A stretch of 64,000 bases of DNA. It comes from Hyalangium minutum (GTDB lineage: Bacteria; Myxococcota; Myxococcia; Myxococcales; Myxococcaceae). Of this stretch, positions 1-10,700 are shown piece after piece. The notes below the pieces were generated by a model that ran no database searches, was not told the origin of the DNA, and was given only the letters and a program-made list of their open reading frames with translations. Made by a program: the position numbers and the translations under genes. The stretch lies in the NCBI RefSeq assembly GCF_000737315.1, contig NZ_JMCB01000003.1, forward strand, positions 310,001-374,000. Reading direction: 5' to 3'. Each line of letters begins with the position of its first letter. Position 1 is the stretch's first letter.

Positions 1-1476
1 CGGGCGGGGGCTGCGGCTGCGGCGGAGGCTCGAGGGCTGAAGGGCAAGTGGGCGATCCCCAACACGCGCTCGGCGATGGAGCCGTTCCTGACGTACTCGT
101 CCCGGCGGGAGCTGCGCGAGAAGGTGTGGCGCTACTACGTCGACCGGGGTGACAACCGGGACGCGCACGACAACAACGCGATCATCTCGGAGATCCTCAA
201 GCTGCGCGCCGAGCGGGCCAAGCTGCTGGGCTACGCGACGCACGCGCACTGGCGGCTCGAGAACACCATGGCCAAGACGCCCGAGCGGGCCATGGAGCTG
301 ATGGAAGCGGTCTGGAAGCCGGCGGTGGCCCGGGTCCGCGAGGAGGTCGCCGACATGCAGGCGATCGCCAACAAGGAGGGTGCGAAGTTCAAGATCGCTC
401 CTTGGGACTACCGCTACTACGCCGAGAAGGTGCGCAAGGCGAAGTACGACCTGGACCAGAACGAGGTGAAGCCGTACCTGCAGCTGGAGAAGCTGCGCGA
501 GGGCATGTTCTGGGTGGCGGGAGAGCTGTTCGGTTTCGTGTTCGAGCCGGTGAACAACGTGCCCGTGTACCACCCGGATGTCCGCGTCTGGGAGGTGAAG
601 GACAAGGCCACAGGGCGGCACATTGGGCTCTGGTACTTCGATCCGTACGCGCGGCAGGGGAAGCGGTCCGGGGCGTGGATGAACGCGTACCGGGCGCAGG
701 AGCGGTTCAAGGGGGACGTGACGACGATCGTCTCCAACAACGCGAACTTCGTGAAGGGCAAGCCGGGCGAGCCGGTGCTCATCAGCTGGGAGGACGCGTC
801 GACGCTGTTCCACGAGTTCGGCCACGCGCTGCACGGGCTGAACTCGCAGGTGACGTACGGCACGCTGTCGGGCACGGCGGTGGCGCGGGACTACGTGGAG
901 TTCCCGTCGCAACTTCTGGAGCACTGGCTCCCGACGCCCGAGGTGTTGAACCGGTTCGCGCTGAACGCCGAGACGGGCAAGCCCGTGCCGCCGGAGCTGG
1001 TGGCGCGGATCACCAAGGCGTCCACGTTCAACCAGGGCTTCGCCACGGTGGAGTACCTGGCGAGCGCTCTGGTGGACATGAAGCTGCACCTGGCGGGGGA
1101 CAAGCCGATCGACGCGGATGCGTTCGAGCGGGAGACGCTGAAGACGCTCGGGATGCCGCAGGAGATCGTCATGCGGCACCGCACGCCGCAGTTCAGCCAC
1201 GTGTTCGCGGGGGATGGGTACTCGGCGGGCTACTACAGCTATCTGTGGTCCGACACACTCACGGCCGATGCGTACGAGGCCTTCACTGAAGGGAAGGGGG
1301 CCTACGATCGCGATGTGGCCGAGCGTCTGCGCAAGCACGTCTTCTCGGTGGGTAACACGATCGACCCCGCCGAGGGCTACCGGGCCTTCCGAGGCAAGGA
1401 GGCCGGGATCGATGCGCTGATGCGCAAGCGCGGCTTCCCTGTCCCCAGCGCTCCGGCCTCCAAGAAGGCGAAGTAG
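1..1476 (+). CDS. dcp: M3 family metallopeptidase (peptidyl-dipeptidase Dcp/oligopeptidase A-like), 5' end outside window
   Basis: HEFGH zincin motif, RxGKRSGAWM, DYVEFPSQ and GYSAGYYSYLW M3 motifs; frame is open from base 1. Confidence 0.9.
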   Translation, partial: RAGAAAAAEARGLKGKWAIPNTRSAMEPFLTYSSRRELREKVWRYYVDRGDNRDAHDNNAIISEILKLRAERAKLLGYATHAHWRLENTMAKTPERAMELMEAVWKPAVARVREEVADMQAIANKEGAKFKIAPWDYRYYAEKVRKAKYDLDQNEVKPYLQLEKLREGMFWVAGELFGFVFEPVNNVPVYHPDVRVWEVKDKATGRHIGLWYFDPYARQGKRSGAWMNAYRAQERFKGDVTTIVSNNANFVKGKPGEPVLISWEDASTLFHEFGHALHGLNSQVTYGTLSGTAVARDYVEFPSQLLEHWLPTPEVLNRFALNAETGKPVPPELVARITKASTFNQGFATVEYLASALVDMKLHLAGDKPIDADAFERETLKTLGMPQEIVMRHRTPQFSHVFAGDGYSAGYYSYLWSDTLTADAYEAFTEGKGAYDRDVAERLRKHVFSVGNTIDPAEGYRAFRGKEAGIDALMRKRGFPVPSAPASKKAK

Positions 1477-1496
1477 GGCCGCTCAGGGAGGCGGGT

Positions 1497-2392
1497 TCAG
1501 CTCTTGCCCGCCTTCTCCAGCATCTGGAGCAGCCAGCGTCGATGAGAGTAGACGCTGGTGAAGATGGACAGATGCCCCCCGGTGGGCGTCTTCGAGCCTA
1601 CTGTTGAGATGCCTATGAGGATGTTTCTACGCTCGTTCTTGACGCAGGCACCGCCACTGTCGCCGTTCTGCATGTGAGAGGCCGCCGAGCCATCGGGCAG
1701 CAATCTCGCGTCCGTCCTGAAGACGGAACTTCCAGTCTCCAGATGGATCAACCGGCTCACGCGGTTGGAGCCGAAGTAGCGGACGCCATAGTCGGGCGCC
1801 GAGTCTTCTCCGTAGGAATAGCCCACCATGGTGATGGCATCCCCTTCTTGAACCTCGGCCTCGGTGATTTCGAGCCGTGGCATGTTGTCGCCGAGGGGCT
1901 CCTTCAGGAAAATGACGGCGAGATCGGCGTTGCTCCACACCACTCCCTGGCTCTGGCCACGTTGGCCAGTGATGAGCTCGAAAGCCGGGTGGATGACCAC
2001 CGCTCCCATGTGGTCCTGAATCGTTGGCTCGGAGCCAGGACCGTCCTTCATCGAGGCGTACTGTCCTCATCTCTGGGAAGGCGTGCAATACAGACGCAGT
2101 GCGCTGCGGAGACCACCAGCTTCGGGTGGACAATCACGCCGGAGCAGGACTTGCGAGTCATGGAGCCGCTGGGGCTGATGACGCTCGTGTTCACCATGAC
2201 GGACGGTAGATGGAAGTCTTCGATATCTGCTGTTCCGGGAGCGACAAGCAGTTCCCCTGGAGGAAACGGTTCTTCCAACGCTTGCATCGGTCCTTCTTTC
2301 ACGGCCGGCTGACTGGCGGTGCAGCCATTCCATGCCATCAGCGATGCGACTGACAGGCAGAGCGCGGTTATCCAAGCTCGATGGGGATTCAT
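1497..2392 (-). pseudogene. Trypsin-like (S1) serine protease lipoprotein, split into two ORFs (2048-2392 and 1497-2051)
   Basis: Upstream part has signal/lipobox (WNGC) and CSGVIVHPKLVVSAAHC (catalytic His); downstream part in another frame has NADLAVI (Asp) and GDSGG (Ser); segment between His and Asp is shorter than in the neighbouring paralog. Confidence 0.75.
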
Positions 2393-3423
2393 TAGGGTGC
2401 TCCAGGGAGCTGACGCTTCTCAGCCGCCGCTGCACGGGAAATTTCACCGTGAATCCAGTCCCTATAGGGCTGCATGCTGGTCATGGTCGGCTCTTGCCCC
2501 AGTCCTGTGGTCGAGATGCCCACGAGCCTGGGGCCATCCCGGGTCTCCCGAAAGCAGGGGCCACCCGAATCGCCCCTGAAGAGGGATCCATTCTCATTCG
2601 TGAGGAGAAAGGTGCCGTCGGTTGGGGCCAGGGATTTCAGTACCTTGCTCTCTTACACAAGGCGTCTCCCATCCAAGGCCCCCGACGTGTCGTCGTAGCC
2701 GAAGCCCACCCGCTTCAAGGTTTCGCCGGGGACCACCGGACTTTTCGCCAGCACGGCTGCTCGGAAACCGACGGGAACGGGCTCATCCAAGAGGAGGGTT
2801 GCCAGATCCGCATGGCTGGAGAGGAGCTGGTTCTGTTCGTTCAGCCGGATCTGAAGTTCAGGATGGGGCCGGATCCGTCCCTGTCGCTCCGCGTAGGTGA
2901 AACCTCTGATCTGCTCGGGGGCACGTGGATCCTGCTCATAGAAGGAGACCCTCACTGTTGCGGTTTCCGCACATGTGGTCGCATCAATCCGGTGTTCGCG
3001 GCGGCCTTCGGGAGTGGTGGCTTGATGACGACGGCAGACACAGTGACCGGCTGTCACGACAAGACGCTGAGCCACAATGACTCCGCCACACTGGCGCAGC
3101 TTGGCGCCGTTGCTGGGAGACTGCGCGTGGACCATGACGGCGGAGGGATAGCGGTTGTCGGCATCCGGCTTCCCTGCCAGCTCGAACATCACGGCGCCCA
3201 CAAAGTCGCCTGAGAGGATGCCGAAAGGGGGATCGAGCTCGTCCGGCTCTCCAGCGTCAGAGGGGAGTGCTGGCCCAGAGGACTTGGTCTCAGGGAGCGA
3301 TGATGCATCTGGAGCCACAGAGGTGCCCCGAGGCGAAGGGGAGCACCCCCCGCAGCCCTGTGCCATCCACAGGAAGCACAGAGTCCACGCCAGGAGAAGG
3401 ACTTGCCGGGGAAGGAGAGGCAC
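2392..3423 (-). pseudogene. Trypsin-like (S1) serine protease lipoprotein with internal TAA stop at 2653-2655
   Basis: CGGVIVAQRLVVTAGHC (His) and HADLATLLL (Asp) precede the stop; manual in-frame translation after the TAA gives ESKVLKS...FRGDSGGPCF...LVGIST...YRDWI up to TAA 2392-2394. Confidence 0.85.
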
Positions 3424-4494
3424 TCAGGGCCTCCACTCCGCGTCTCCGAGAGGGGCGAAGCAGGCCTCCACGGCGTCGTCACTCACCTCGGCCAGGGTGG
3501 CCGGGTTCCAGCGCGGGCGCTGGTCCTTGTCCACCAGCACCGCTCTGATGCCTTCCCAGAAGTCCGGCAGCGCGGTGACGTGCTGGCTCAGCCGATACTC
3601 GAGCGCCGCGACCTCCGTATAAGGAAGGGAGCGGCACCGCCGCAGCTGACGCAACGTCACCTTCAGGCTGCTCGGAGACATGCGCCCCAGGGTCGCCCGG
3701 GTCGTCTCGGCCCACTCGGTGCCCTCCGTCGCCAAGGCTTCCAGGATGCCTTCCACCCGATCCCCTCGGAAGCACCGATCGATCGCCTCCTGCAATCTCT
3801 CAAGCGGTGCAGGTCCCGCATTCGTAGCGAAGGAGGAGAGGACCCGCGTGGCGGCCTCGCGCGGGGTCTCCACGCCCCAGTCCGCTTTCTCCAGCGCCTC
3901 CAGCAACGCGTCGAGCTTCGTGTGCTCCACGTACTGCGTGCCGTAGCCCACCCACATCGCGTCCGCGGCCGTGCCCCGCGCGCCCGTGAGTGCCAGATAT
4001 GTCCCCACCTCGCCCGGGAAGCGTGGGAGGAACCACCCACCTCCCACATCCGGGAACAGGCCGATCGCCGTCTCTGGCATCGAGAACACCAGCCGCTCGG
4101 TCACCACGCGGTGCGATCCGTGGATCGACAGCCCCAGTCCTCCGCCCATGCTGATGCCATCCACCAGCGCGATGAACGGCTTCTCGTAATGATGGATGCG
4201 GTGGTTGAGCGCGTACTCCTCGCGGAAGTACGCGGCGGACAGGGGCTCCTCGCCCTCGGGTACCGGCTTGCCCAGCGAGAGGGCCACCGCGCGCACGTCT
4301 CCTCCCGCGCAGAACGCCTTCCCACCCGCCCCGCGAATCACCACCGCCTTCACCTGCGGTTCCTTCGCCCACGCGTCCAGTTGCGGATGGAGGGCCCGGA
4401 TCATTCCCAGGTCCAGCGCGTTGAGCGCCTTGGTTCGAGTCAGCGTCACCAGCCCGATGGGGCCTCGCGTCTCCGCCTGCACATCTTGGCTCAT
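3424..4494 (-). CDS. Enoyl-CoA hydratase/isomerase family, 3-hydroxyisobutyryl-CoA hydrolase-like
   Basis: AFCAGGDV, GISMGGGLG, MPETAIGLFPDVG, C-terminal EGIRAVLVDKDxxPRWNP. Confidence 0.9.
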   Translation of the reverse strand: MSQDVQAETRGPIGLVTLTRTKALNALDLGMIRALHPQLDAWAKEPQVKAVVIRGAGGKAFCAGGDVRAVALSLGKPVPEGEEPLSAAYFREEYALNHRIHHYEKPFIALVDGISMGGGLGLSIHGSHRVVTERLVFSMPETAIGLFPDVGGGWFLPRFPGEVGTYLALTGARGTAADAMWVGYGTQYVEHTKLDALLEALEKADWGVETPREAATRVLSSFATNAGPAPLERLQEAIDRCFRGDRVEGILEALATEGTEWAETTRATLGRMSPSSLKVTLRQLRRCRSLPYTEVAALEYRLSQHVTALPDFWEGIRAVLVDKDQRPRWNPATLAEVSDDAVEACFAPLGDAEWRP

Positions 4495-4600
4495 GCTCCG
4501 GGTGTAGCCGATTCCACGCCAAATGGGGCGTCAGGGTGCACGGCTCGCACCGTTCACTCCCCTCTGTCCGCGAGCCCCCTCTTGGCGGTAAGCACGTCTC

Positions 4601-5164
4601 ATGCGTGTCCCCGTCGAGCTGTCTCGCTGCGCCCGGTTCCTCAACCCTGGGCCGACCACCCTCATCACCTCGGCCGCAGGCGGGCGCACCAACGTCATGA
4701 CCGCCGCCTGGGTGATGGCCGTGGACTTCACGCCTCCGAAGCTCGCCGCTGTCATCGCCGAGGGCACGCTCACCCGCGAGCTCGTTGATGCTTCGGGCGA
4801 GTTCGTGGTGGCGCTGCCCACCCTGGCGATGATCGACACCGTCTACGCCGTGGGCCATTGCTCCGGCCGCGACGTGGACAAGTTCGCCACCTATGGACTC
4901 CAAACTGCATCGGGCTCGATCGTGCGCGCGCCGCTCGTGGAGGGGTGCGTGGCGTGGCTCGAGTGCCGGGTCCTCCCAGAGCCCGGCCCTCAGCAGCGCT
5001 ATGATCTCTTTGTCGCCGAGATCGTCGCCGCCTGGGTGGATGACGAGGTCTACGTTGAAGGGGAGTGGCGCTTCACCCGGGACGAACACCGCATGGTGCA
5101 CCACACCGCTCGCGGGGTCTTCTTCGCCACGGGGCAACGCGTGGAGGCTGGGAGGCGCTCGTGA
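4601..5164 (+). CDS. Flavin reductase family protein (flavoredoxin-like)
   Basis: NVMTAAWVM, GEFVVALP, SGRDVDKF, LECRV, DLFVAEIV motifs. Confidence 0.88.
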   Translation: MRVPVELSRCARFLNPGPTTLITSAAGGRTNVMTAAWVMAVDFTPPKLAAVIAEGTLTRELVDASGEFVVALPTLAMIDTVYAVGHCSGRDVDKFATYGLQTASGSIVRAPLVEGCVAWLECRVLPEPGPQQRYDLFVAEIVAAWVDDEVYVEGEWRFTRDEHRMVHHTARGVFFATGQRVEAGRRS

Positions 5165-5955
5165 GCTTGAGGGTGATGACGTTCAATGTGCTCTTCGGGG
5201 GCCAGGACCGGTTCGAGGCCATCCTCGACGTGCTCCGGCGCGTGCAGCCGGACGTGCTGGTGCTGCAGGAGTGTCTCGGGTGGGAGACGTGCGATCGCCT
5301 GAGCCAGGTTGCCGGAGCCCTGGGCGTGCCAGCCGATGCCTCTCACATTCACCTGGGCACCTCGCGGCCTCGGGGCAGTGGCCGGCGCTACCACGTGGCG
5401 CTCGCCAGCCGCCGTCCCCTCCGAGCCATTCAGATTCACAACGATCCACGTCAGATCGGCCACTGCCTGATCCAGTGCCAGTTCGACCTCGACGAGCCGG
5501 TGACCTTCTTCGGCACCCACTACGACGCGCAGCATGAGGATCCCCGGCTCGTGGAGGCCCGGTTCCTGTGCGATCTGCTCGACCCGATCCGCTTCCGCGA
5601 GGGCCTGTATGTGCTGGCCGGTGATCTCAACTCGCTGTCACGCCGCGATCCGTATCCCGCGGATCTCGCCGAGCGGCTCCTGGCTGCGGGCACGGACAAG
5701 TACGGCCATCCACCCCGGTTCTCGGTGCTTGACGCTCTGGAGTCCTTCGGCTGGGTGGACACGCTCTATTACCGGGGGCCGCCTACCGAGTGGGTGACGG
5801 CGCGGCGCCAGAACAACGGCGTGCAGATCGACTATCGCACGGACTACATCCTCGCTTCGCCTCGGATGGCCGAGCGGCTCGTTTCCACCGAGATCATTGA
5901 TGTGGGCGAGGCCTCGGATCACCAGGCAGTGGTGACTACCTTCCGCGAAGGGTAG
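5161..5955 (+). CDS. Endonuclease/exonuclease/phosphatase (EEP) family protein
   Basis: MTFNV, DVLVLQE, LAGDLNS, DYIL, SDH motifs; GTG start overlaps stop of upstream gene. Confidence 0.88.
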   Translation: MSLRVMTFNVLFGGQDRFEAILDVLRRVQPDVLVLQECLGWETCDRLSQVAGALGVPADASHIHLGTSRPRGSGRRYHVALASRRPLRAIQIHNDPRQIGHCLIQCQFDLDEPVTFFGTHYDAQHEDPRLVEARFLCDLLDPIRFREGLYVLAGDLNSLSRRDPYPADLAERLLAAGTDKYGHPPRFSVLDALESFGWVDTLYYRGPPTEWVTARRQNNGVQIDYRTDYILASPRMAERLVSTEIIDVGEASDHQAVVTTFREG

Positions 5956-6002
5956 CGGGGGAGACTCGCCTCGCCCTGGCAAAAGCTGTTACAGCTTCGG
6001 GT

Positions 6003-7748
6003 ATGGCAACTCCGCGATCCTGCCTTGCGTCGCTGCTCCTCGGTGTCGTGGTCTCGGCTTGTGGCGAGAAGGAACCTCCCCCGCCGGAGCCGCCTGTATT
6101 GATCGTGACCCTCGACAACTCGGACACGGTCTATTGCACCACCGCTTCGGTGACCGTCACGGCCTCCGTCGCCGGAGGAACGCCAACCGCTGTCGAGGTG
6201 CTCGAGGATGACAAGACCGTGGCCTGGGTCCAGGCTCCCTACCCATACTCTTTTGGCTGTGCCGCCAAGGCAGAGCGCTCTTATGCGATCTCCTTCCGCG
6301 CTCACATTCAGGGGAACACCTACGCCAGTTCGGCCAAGCAGATCGTGGTCGATCGCAGCCGGCCGACCGTCGTCTCCGGGCCATTTCTGGCCACCGATAC
6401 CGAGATCGCCAAGGACACGCCCATCCGCGTGACGTTCTCCGAGCCCATGCGCCCCACGGGCTCGAACAGTTTCAGCCTCGTCACCGCGACGACCACTGTG
6501 TCCTGGTCCCAGGATGGGAAGGTCCTCACGATCGTCCCCCAGGAGCCGATCACTCCGCCGCAGTCCTTCGTCCTCTTTCTGCATCCGGAGTACTTCCAGG
6601 ATCTGGCTGGCAATCCGCTCGCGGTCGACGCGCCTCGGCAGTGGTCCTGGACCTTCCCCGCGCTCCTCCATTCCTGGACTCTGCCGAAGCACGGAGATGG
6701 CCTGACGTCGCAGAACCGTCCCTCGTTTGCTCGGGATCGCTCTGGGCGCTCCGTAGTGGCCTGGTTCGAGTACACGCAGGCCAGCGGCGCGGCGGATGTG
6801 TATGTCCACCGCTCTGGGGCGAGCGGCTCCTCGCTGCTCGGTGGGCCCCTCAGTGCCGTCGCCGGAGGCGACAGCTGGGCCGAGGAGGTCCAGGTCGCGG
6901 TGGATTCTTTGGACCGGCCCGTGGTGGCGTGGACTGAGCGGATCTCGGGTGAGGCGAAGGTCTTTGTGCGCCGGTGGAATGGGGTGGATTGGGAGTCACT
7001 GGCCAATGTGCCCAATCCCATCATCCCATCCGACGCGAAGGACCTGACGCTGGCCGTCGGGAACTCGGAGCTTCCGGCCGTGGCCTGGACCGAGGTCGAT
7101 GCGGTCCAGAAGGCTCGCGTGTACGTCTATCGATGGAATGGAACGAGCTGGGACGCCGTGGCCACCCCGATCGAGGCTCCCGGCACCCCGAATCTGATCT
7201 ATCCCTCGATGGTCATCGATGCCGATAACCGTCCCGTCGTCGCCGTGACGCAGCAGGGCTCCTCTGCCACCAGCATGGCGGCCGTGTGGCGGTTCAATGG
7301 CACCAGCTGGGTTCAGTTGGGAGCAGGCATCCGTCCCACGCAGGCGAGCACCGGTGCCACGGTGCAGCGGACGTCGCTCGCGCTGGACGCCCAGGGCAAG
7401 CCCGCACTGGCGTTCGAGCTCTCCACTCCGGGGTCTCCCGCCGCGGCCGAGGTGTACCTCGCTCGGTATACGGATCCCACTTGGGCCACTCCTCAGCGGA
7501 TGGATGGCCCGGATGCCCGATGGCCCTCGCTCGGCTTCGACGCGGCGGGCGCGGCCTGGGTGGCCTGGGAGAAGGGGAACTCGACGGCCAGTCTCTCCGC
7601 GTGGGTGCGCAAGACCACCGGAGACGTGCCGGACACGAGCCAAGCGCAGGCGCTTCGTCCCCAGTTCCCCAATGGGGGAGGGGGCGCGCCCGTGTTTCTG
7701 ATCGTGGACCAACAGCAGAAGGCCGCTCAGGTCTTGTTGCGCCAGTAG
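6003..7748 (+). CDS. Lipoprotein with Ig-like (Big/SbsA-type) domains and C-terminal beta-propeller-like repeats
   Basis: Lipobox VSAC; IRVTFSEPM and DLAGNPL Ig signature; repeated RWNGxxW...P.VAW units. Confidence 0.7.
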   Translation: MATPRSCLASLLLGVVVSACGEKEPPPPEPPVLIVTLDNSDTVYCTTASVTVTASVAGGTPTAVEVLEDDKTVAWVQAPYPYSFGCAAKAERSYAISFRAHIQGNTYASSAKQIVVDRSRPTVVSGPFLATDTEIAKDTPIRVTFSEPMRPTGSNSFSLVTATTTVSWSQDGKVLTIVPQEPITPPQSFVLFLHPEYFQDLAGNPLAVDAPRQWSWTFPALLHSWTLPKHGDGLTSQNRPSFARDRSGRSVVAWFEYTQASGAADVYVHRSGASGSSLLGGPLSAVAGGDSWAEEVQVAVDSLDRPVVAWTERISGEAKVFVRRWNGVDWESLANVPNPIIPSDAKDLTLAVGNSELPAVAWTEVDAVQKARVYVYRWNGTSWDAVATPIEAPGTPNLIYPSMVIDADNRPVVAVTQQGSSATSMAAVWRFNGTSWVQLGAGIRPTQASTGATVQRTSLALDAQGKPALAFELSTPGSPAAAEVYLARYTDPTWATPQRMDGPDARWPSLGFDAAGAAWVAWEKGNSTASLSAWVRKTTGDVPDTSQAQALRPQFPNGGGGAPVFLIVDQQQKAAQVLLRQ

Positions 7749-7763
7749 CCGCCGCCCACGGTC

Positions 7764-10700
7764 CTACGGTTTGGCGGAGGTTGCTCCGGAATCCTCCGCC
7801 GCGAGCGTCTCCCTCAGCCAGGTGCGCAATGCGTTGGGGGCCAGGGGCAAGTCCTCGGGCCACAGCCGCACGGTGCCGTCCTTGCTCGCCGAAGCCACCG
7901 ACTTTCCGTCCGGCGAGAACGCCACCTGGACCACGCTGTCGGTGTGGCCCTGCAACACCCGGCTCTCGCCGCTCTCCACGTCCCAGATGCGCACCGTGCG
8001 ATCGTCGCTCGCGGTGACCATGCGCTGGCCCTCGGGCGACCACGCGAAGTGGTTCACCTGGTTCAGGTGGCCGCGCAGCACGCCGCGGGCTGCCCCGGTC
8101 TCCACGTCCCAGAGGCGCAGCGAGTTGTCTCCCTGGCTCGAGCTCACCAGCCGCTGCCCATCCGGCGAGAAGCCCACCGCGAGCACGCCGATCCCGCCCA
8201 CGTCGAGCCGCCGCCCCTGGCCCGAGGGCAACTCCTGGAGCCAGAGCGTGTGGTCCTTGCTCCCGGACACCAACCACCGGCCATCGTGCGAGAAGGCCAG
8301 CGCGACCACCACGTCATCGCTCGTGTGCAGGACGCGGCCCTGCCCAGACTCCAGGTTCCAGAGCCGAAGCGAGTTGTCCTCGCCGCCCGAGGCCACGAAC
8401 CTCCCATCCGGAGAGAACGACAGGCAGAGCACTCCGCCGTTGGCGTGCTGGCCGAGCGTCCGCTCCTTGCCAGTGGTGGGATCCCACAGGCGCACCATGC
8501 CGTCCGCACTTCCAACGGCCACCCAGTCCCCGCTCGGTGAGAACTCCAACGCCCGGATGGGGTGCGCGGAGAAGGGGAGGGCCTGCAGCTCCCGGCCCGA
8601 GCGATCCCACAGGCGCACCGTGCCATCCGCGCCCCCGGTGACGGCCCGCTCGCCATCCGGAGACAGCCGCGCGAGAGGCACCTCGCTCCGGTGGCCGCGC
8701 ATCTTTACGGTGCCAGCGCCCGTCACATTCCACCGGCTCGCCAGCCCGTCCGCCCCCGAGGACAACAATGTCTGCCCATCTCGGGAGAACCGCAGCGACA
8801 GGACCGGCCCCGTGTGCTGCCCGACGAGCTGGGACGGGTTGGCTCCCACCGGGTACAGCCGGGTGACACCGTCCACGCTGGCCACCGCGAGCCGCTGTCC
8901 ATCCGGAGCGAACGCCAGCGACGTCACCGCGTCCTCGGCGCCCCGGAGCGCGCGGCCTTGCCCGGTGTTCACATCCCACAGCCACGCCAGGCGATCCCGG
9001 CCGCCCGTGGCCACCCAGCGCCCATCCTTCGAGAAGGCGAGCGGTGCGGGAGGCTCCTTGGAGCCCTCGAAGACGCGCGCCGTCCCCGTGGCCAGATCCC
9101 ACAGCCGCACGGTGCCGTCATGCGAACGCGACGCGAGCTTCGTCCCATCCGGCGAGAAGGCCACGGATTGGACGCGGTTCGTGTGCCCCTCGAGGACGCG
9201 CAGCTTGCCGGTGGCGGCCTCCCAGAGCCGGACCTTGCCGTCCGCGCAGCCCGTGGCGATGAGCTTTCCATCCGGAGAGAAGGTGACTTGATACGGCTGG
9301 GCCGGGTGCGTGCCGAGCGTCTGGCTCTCTCCCGTCTCCACGTCCCACAGCCGCAGCGTCTTGTCGTCCTTGCCCACCGTCACCAGCCGCCGCGAGTCCG
9401 GCGAGCTGTCCAGGCTCGCGACCCACCCCTCGTGCTTGCCGAGACGCTGGCCCTTGCCCCCGGGCAGATCCCAGCGCCACACCTCGCCATCCAGGCTCGA
9501 GGTGAACACGCGCCGGTTATCAGGCGAGAAGACCACTCCGAAGATCGGAGCGACGTGGCCCTGGAGCACCTGGCCGTCGCCGCTCTGCACGTTCCACAGG
9601 CGCAGCGTCCGATCCTTTCCCGTGGTCGCCAGCCATTGGCCGTCGGGCGAGAAGGCCGCGCGCCACACCTCGTCACCGTGAGAGCCCAGCAGGCGCATGG
9701 CGCCGCTCTGGGCGTTCCACAGGCGCACCGTCCGATCGTCGCTCACGGTGGCCAGCCAGCGGCCGTCCGGGGAGAAGGTGACGAAGTTGACGCCCTGCGT
9801 GTGGCCTCGCAGCAGGGTGGCCAGCCCGCGAGCCTGAGCGTCCGCGGCGATGACTCGCGCCGAGCCCCACTGGGTGAACACGGGCGACAGCGTGCCAAGC
9901 CATTCGAGCGCCTTGTTGGGGAACCGCTCCACTGCGGCGCGGGCCTCCACGAGCGTCAGCTGATCGGCGCGGAGCGTGGCCTCGCGCGAGGCGGCCTCGG
10001 CCTCGAGCTGCTTGTGCTCGGCGCGATCCCTCTCATGGAGGATGCGCCGGACGCTGAGCGCTCCCGTGGTACCCCAGGCCGCCAGCACCACGGCGGTCAC
10101 CGCGAGCACCTTCCGGTTGCGGCGCACGAAGCGCTTCACCAGATCCAGCCGCGAGTAGTGGTGCGCTCCGACGAGCTGTCCGGTCAGGTAACGACGCAGA
10201 TCCTCCGCCAGCGCTCGCGCCGTCGGGTAGCGCTGCGCCGGATCCCTCGCCATCGCCTGGGTGACGATGGCCAGCAGTTCCTCGGGAACGCCCTTCTGCA
10301 GCCGCTCCAGCGGAGTAGGGGAGCCTGCAATCACCCGATCCAGCACCTCGTGCGCGCTGCCTCCTCCATAGGGACGGGCACCCACCAGCAGGTGATAGAG
10401 GATGGCGCCGAGCGCATACACATCCGCGCGCTCGTCCACGGGACGCCCCGCAGCCTGCTCGGGAGGCATGTACGCCGGTGTGCCGAGCACGATCCCCGCC
10501 ATGGTGTGGTTCGCGTTCCCTCCGGAGCTCGGCGTCGCGGCTTCCGCCGAGAAGATCGGTGTCCGCGGCGTGGGCGCGGCCGCGACCGGCGAGCTGGTGG
10601 GAGCCGCCTCCTGGGAGAGCTGCTTGGCCAGACCCCAGTCGATGACGACTGTCTCGCCAAACTCGCCCACCAGCACGTTGGCGGGCTTGAGATCGCGGTG

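Noticed and set aside
2653-2655. Programmed stop-codon recoding in the first protease
   Set aside because: The codon is TAA, not TGA/TAG, and I see no recoding structure; simple nonsense mutation or sequencing error is more likely
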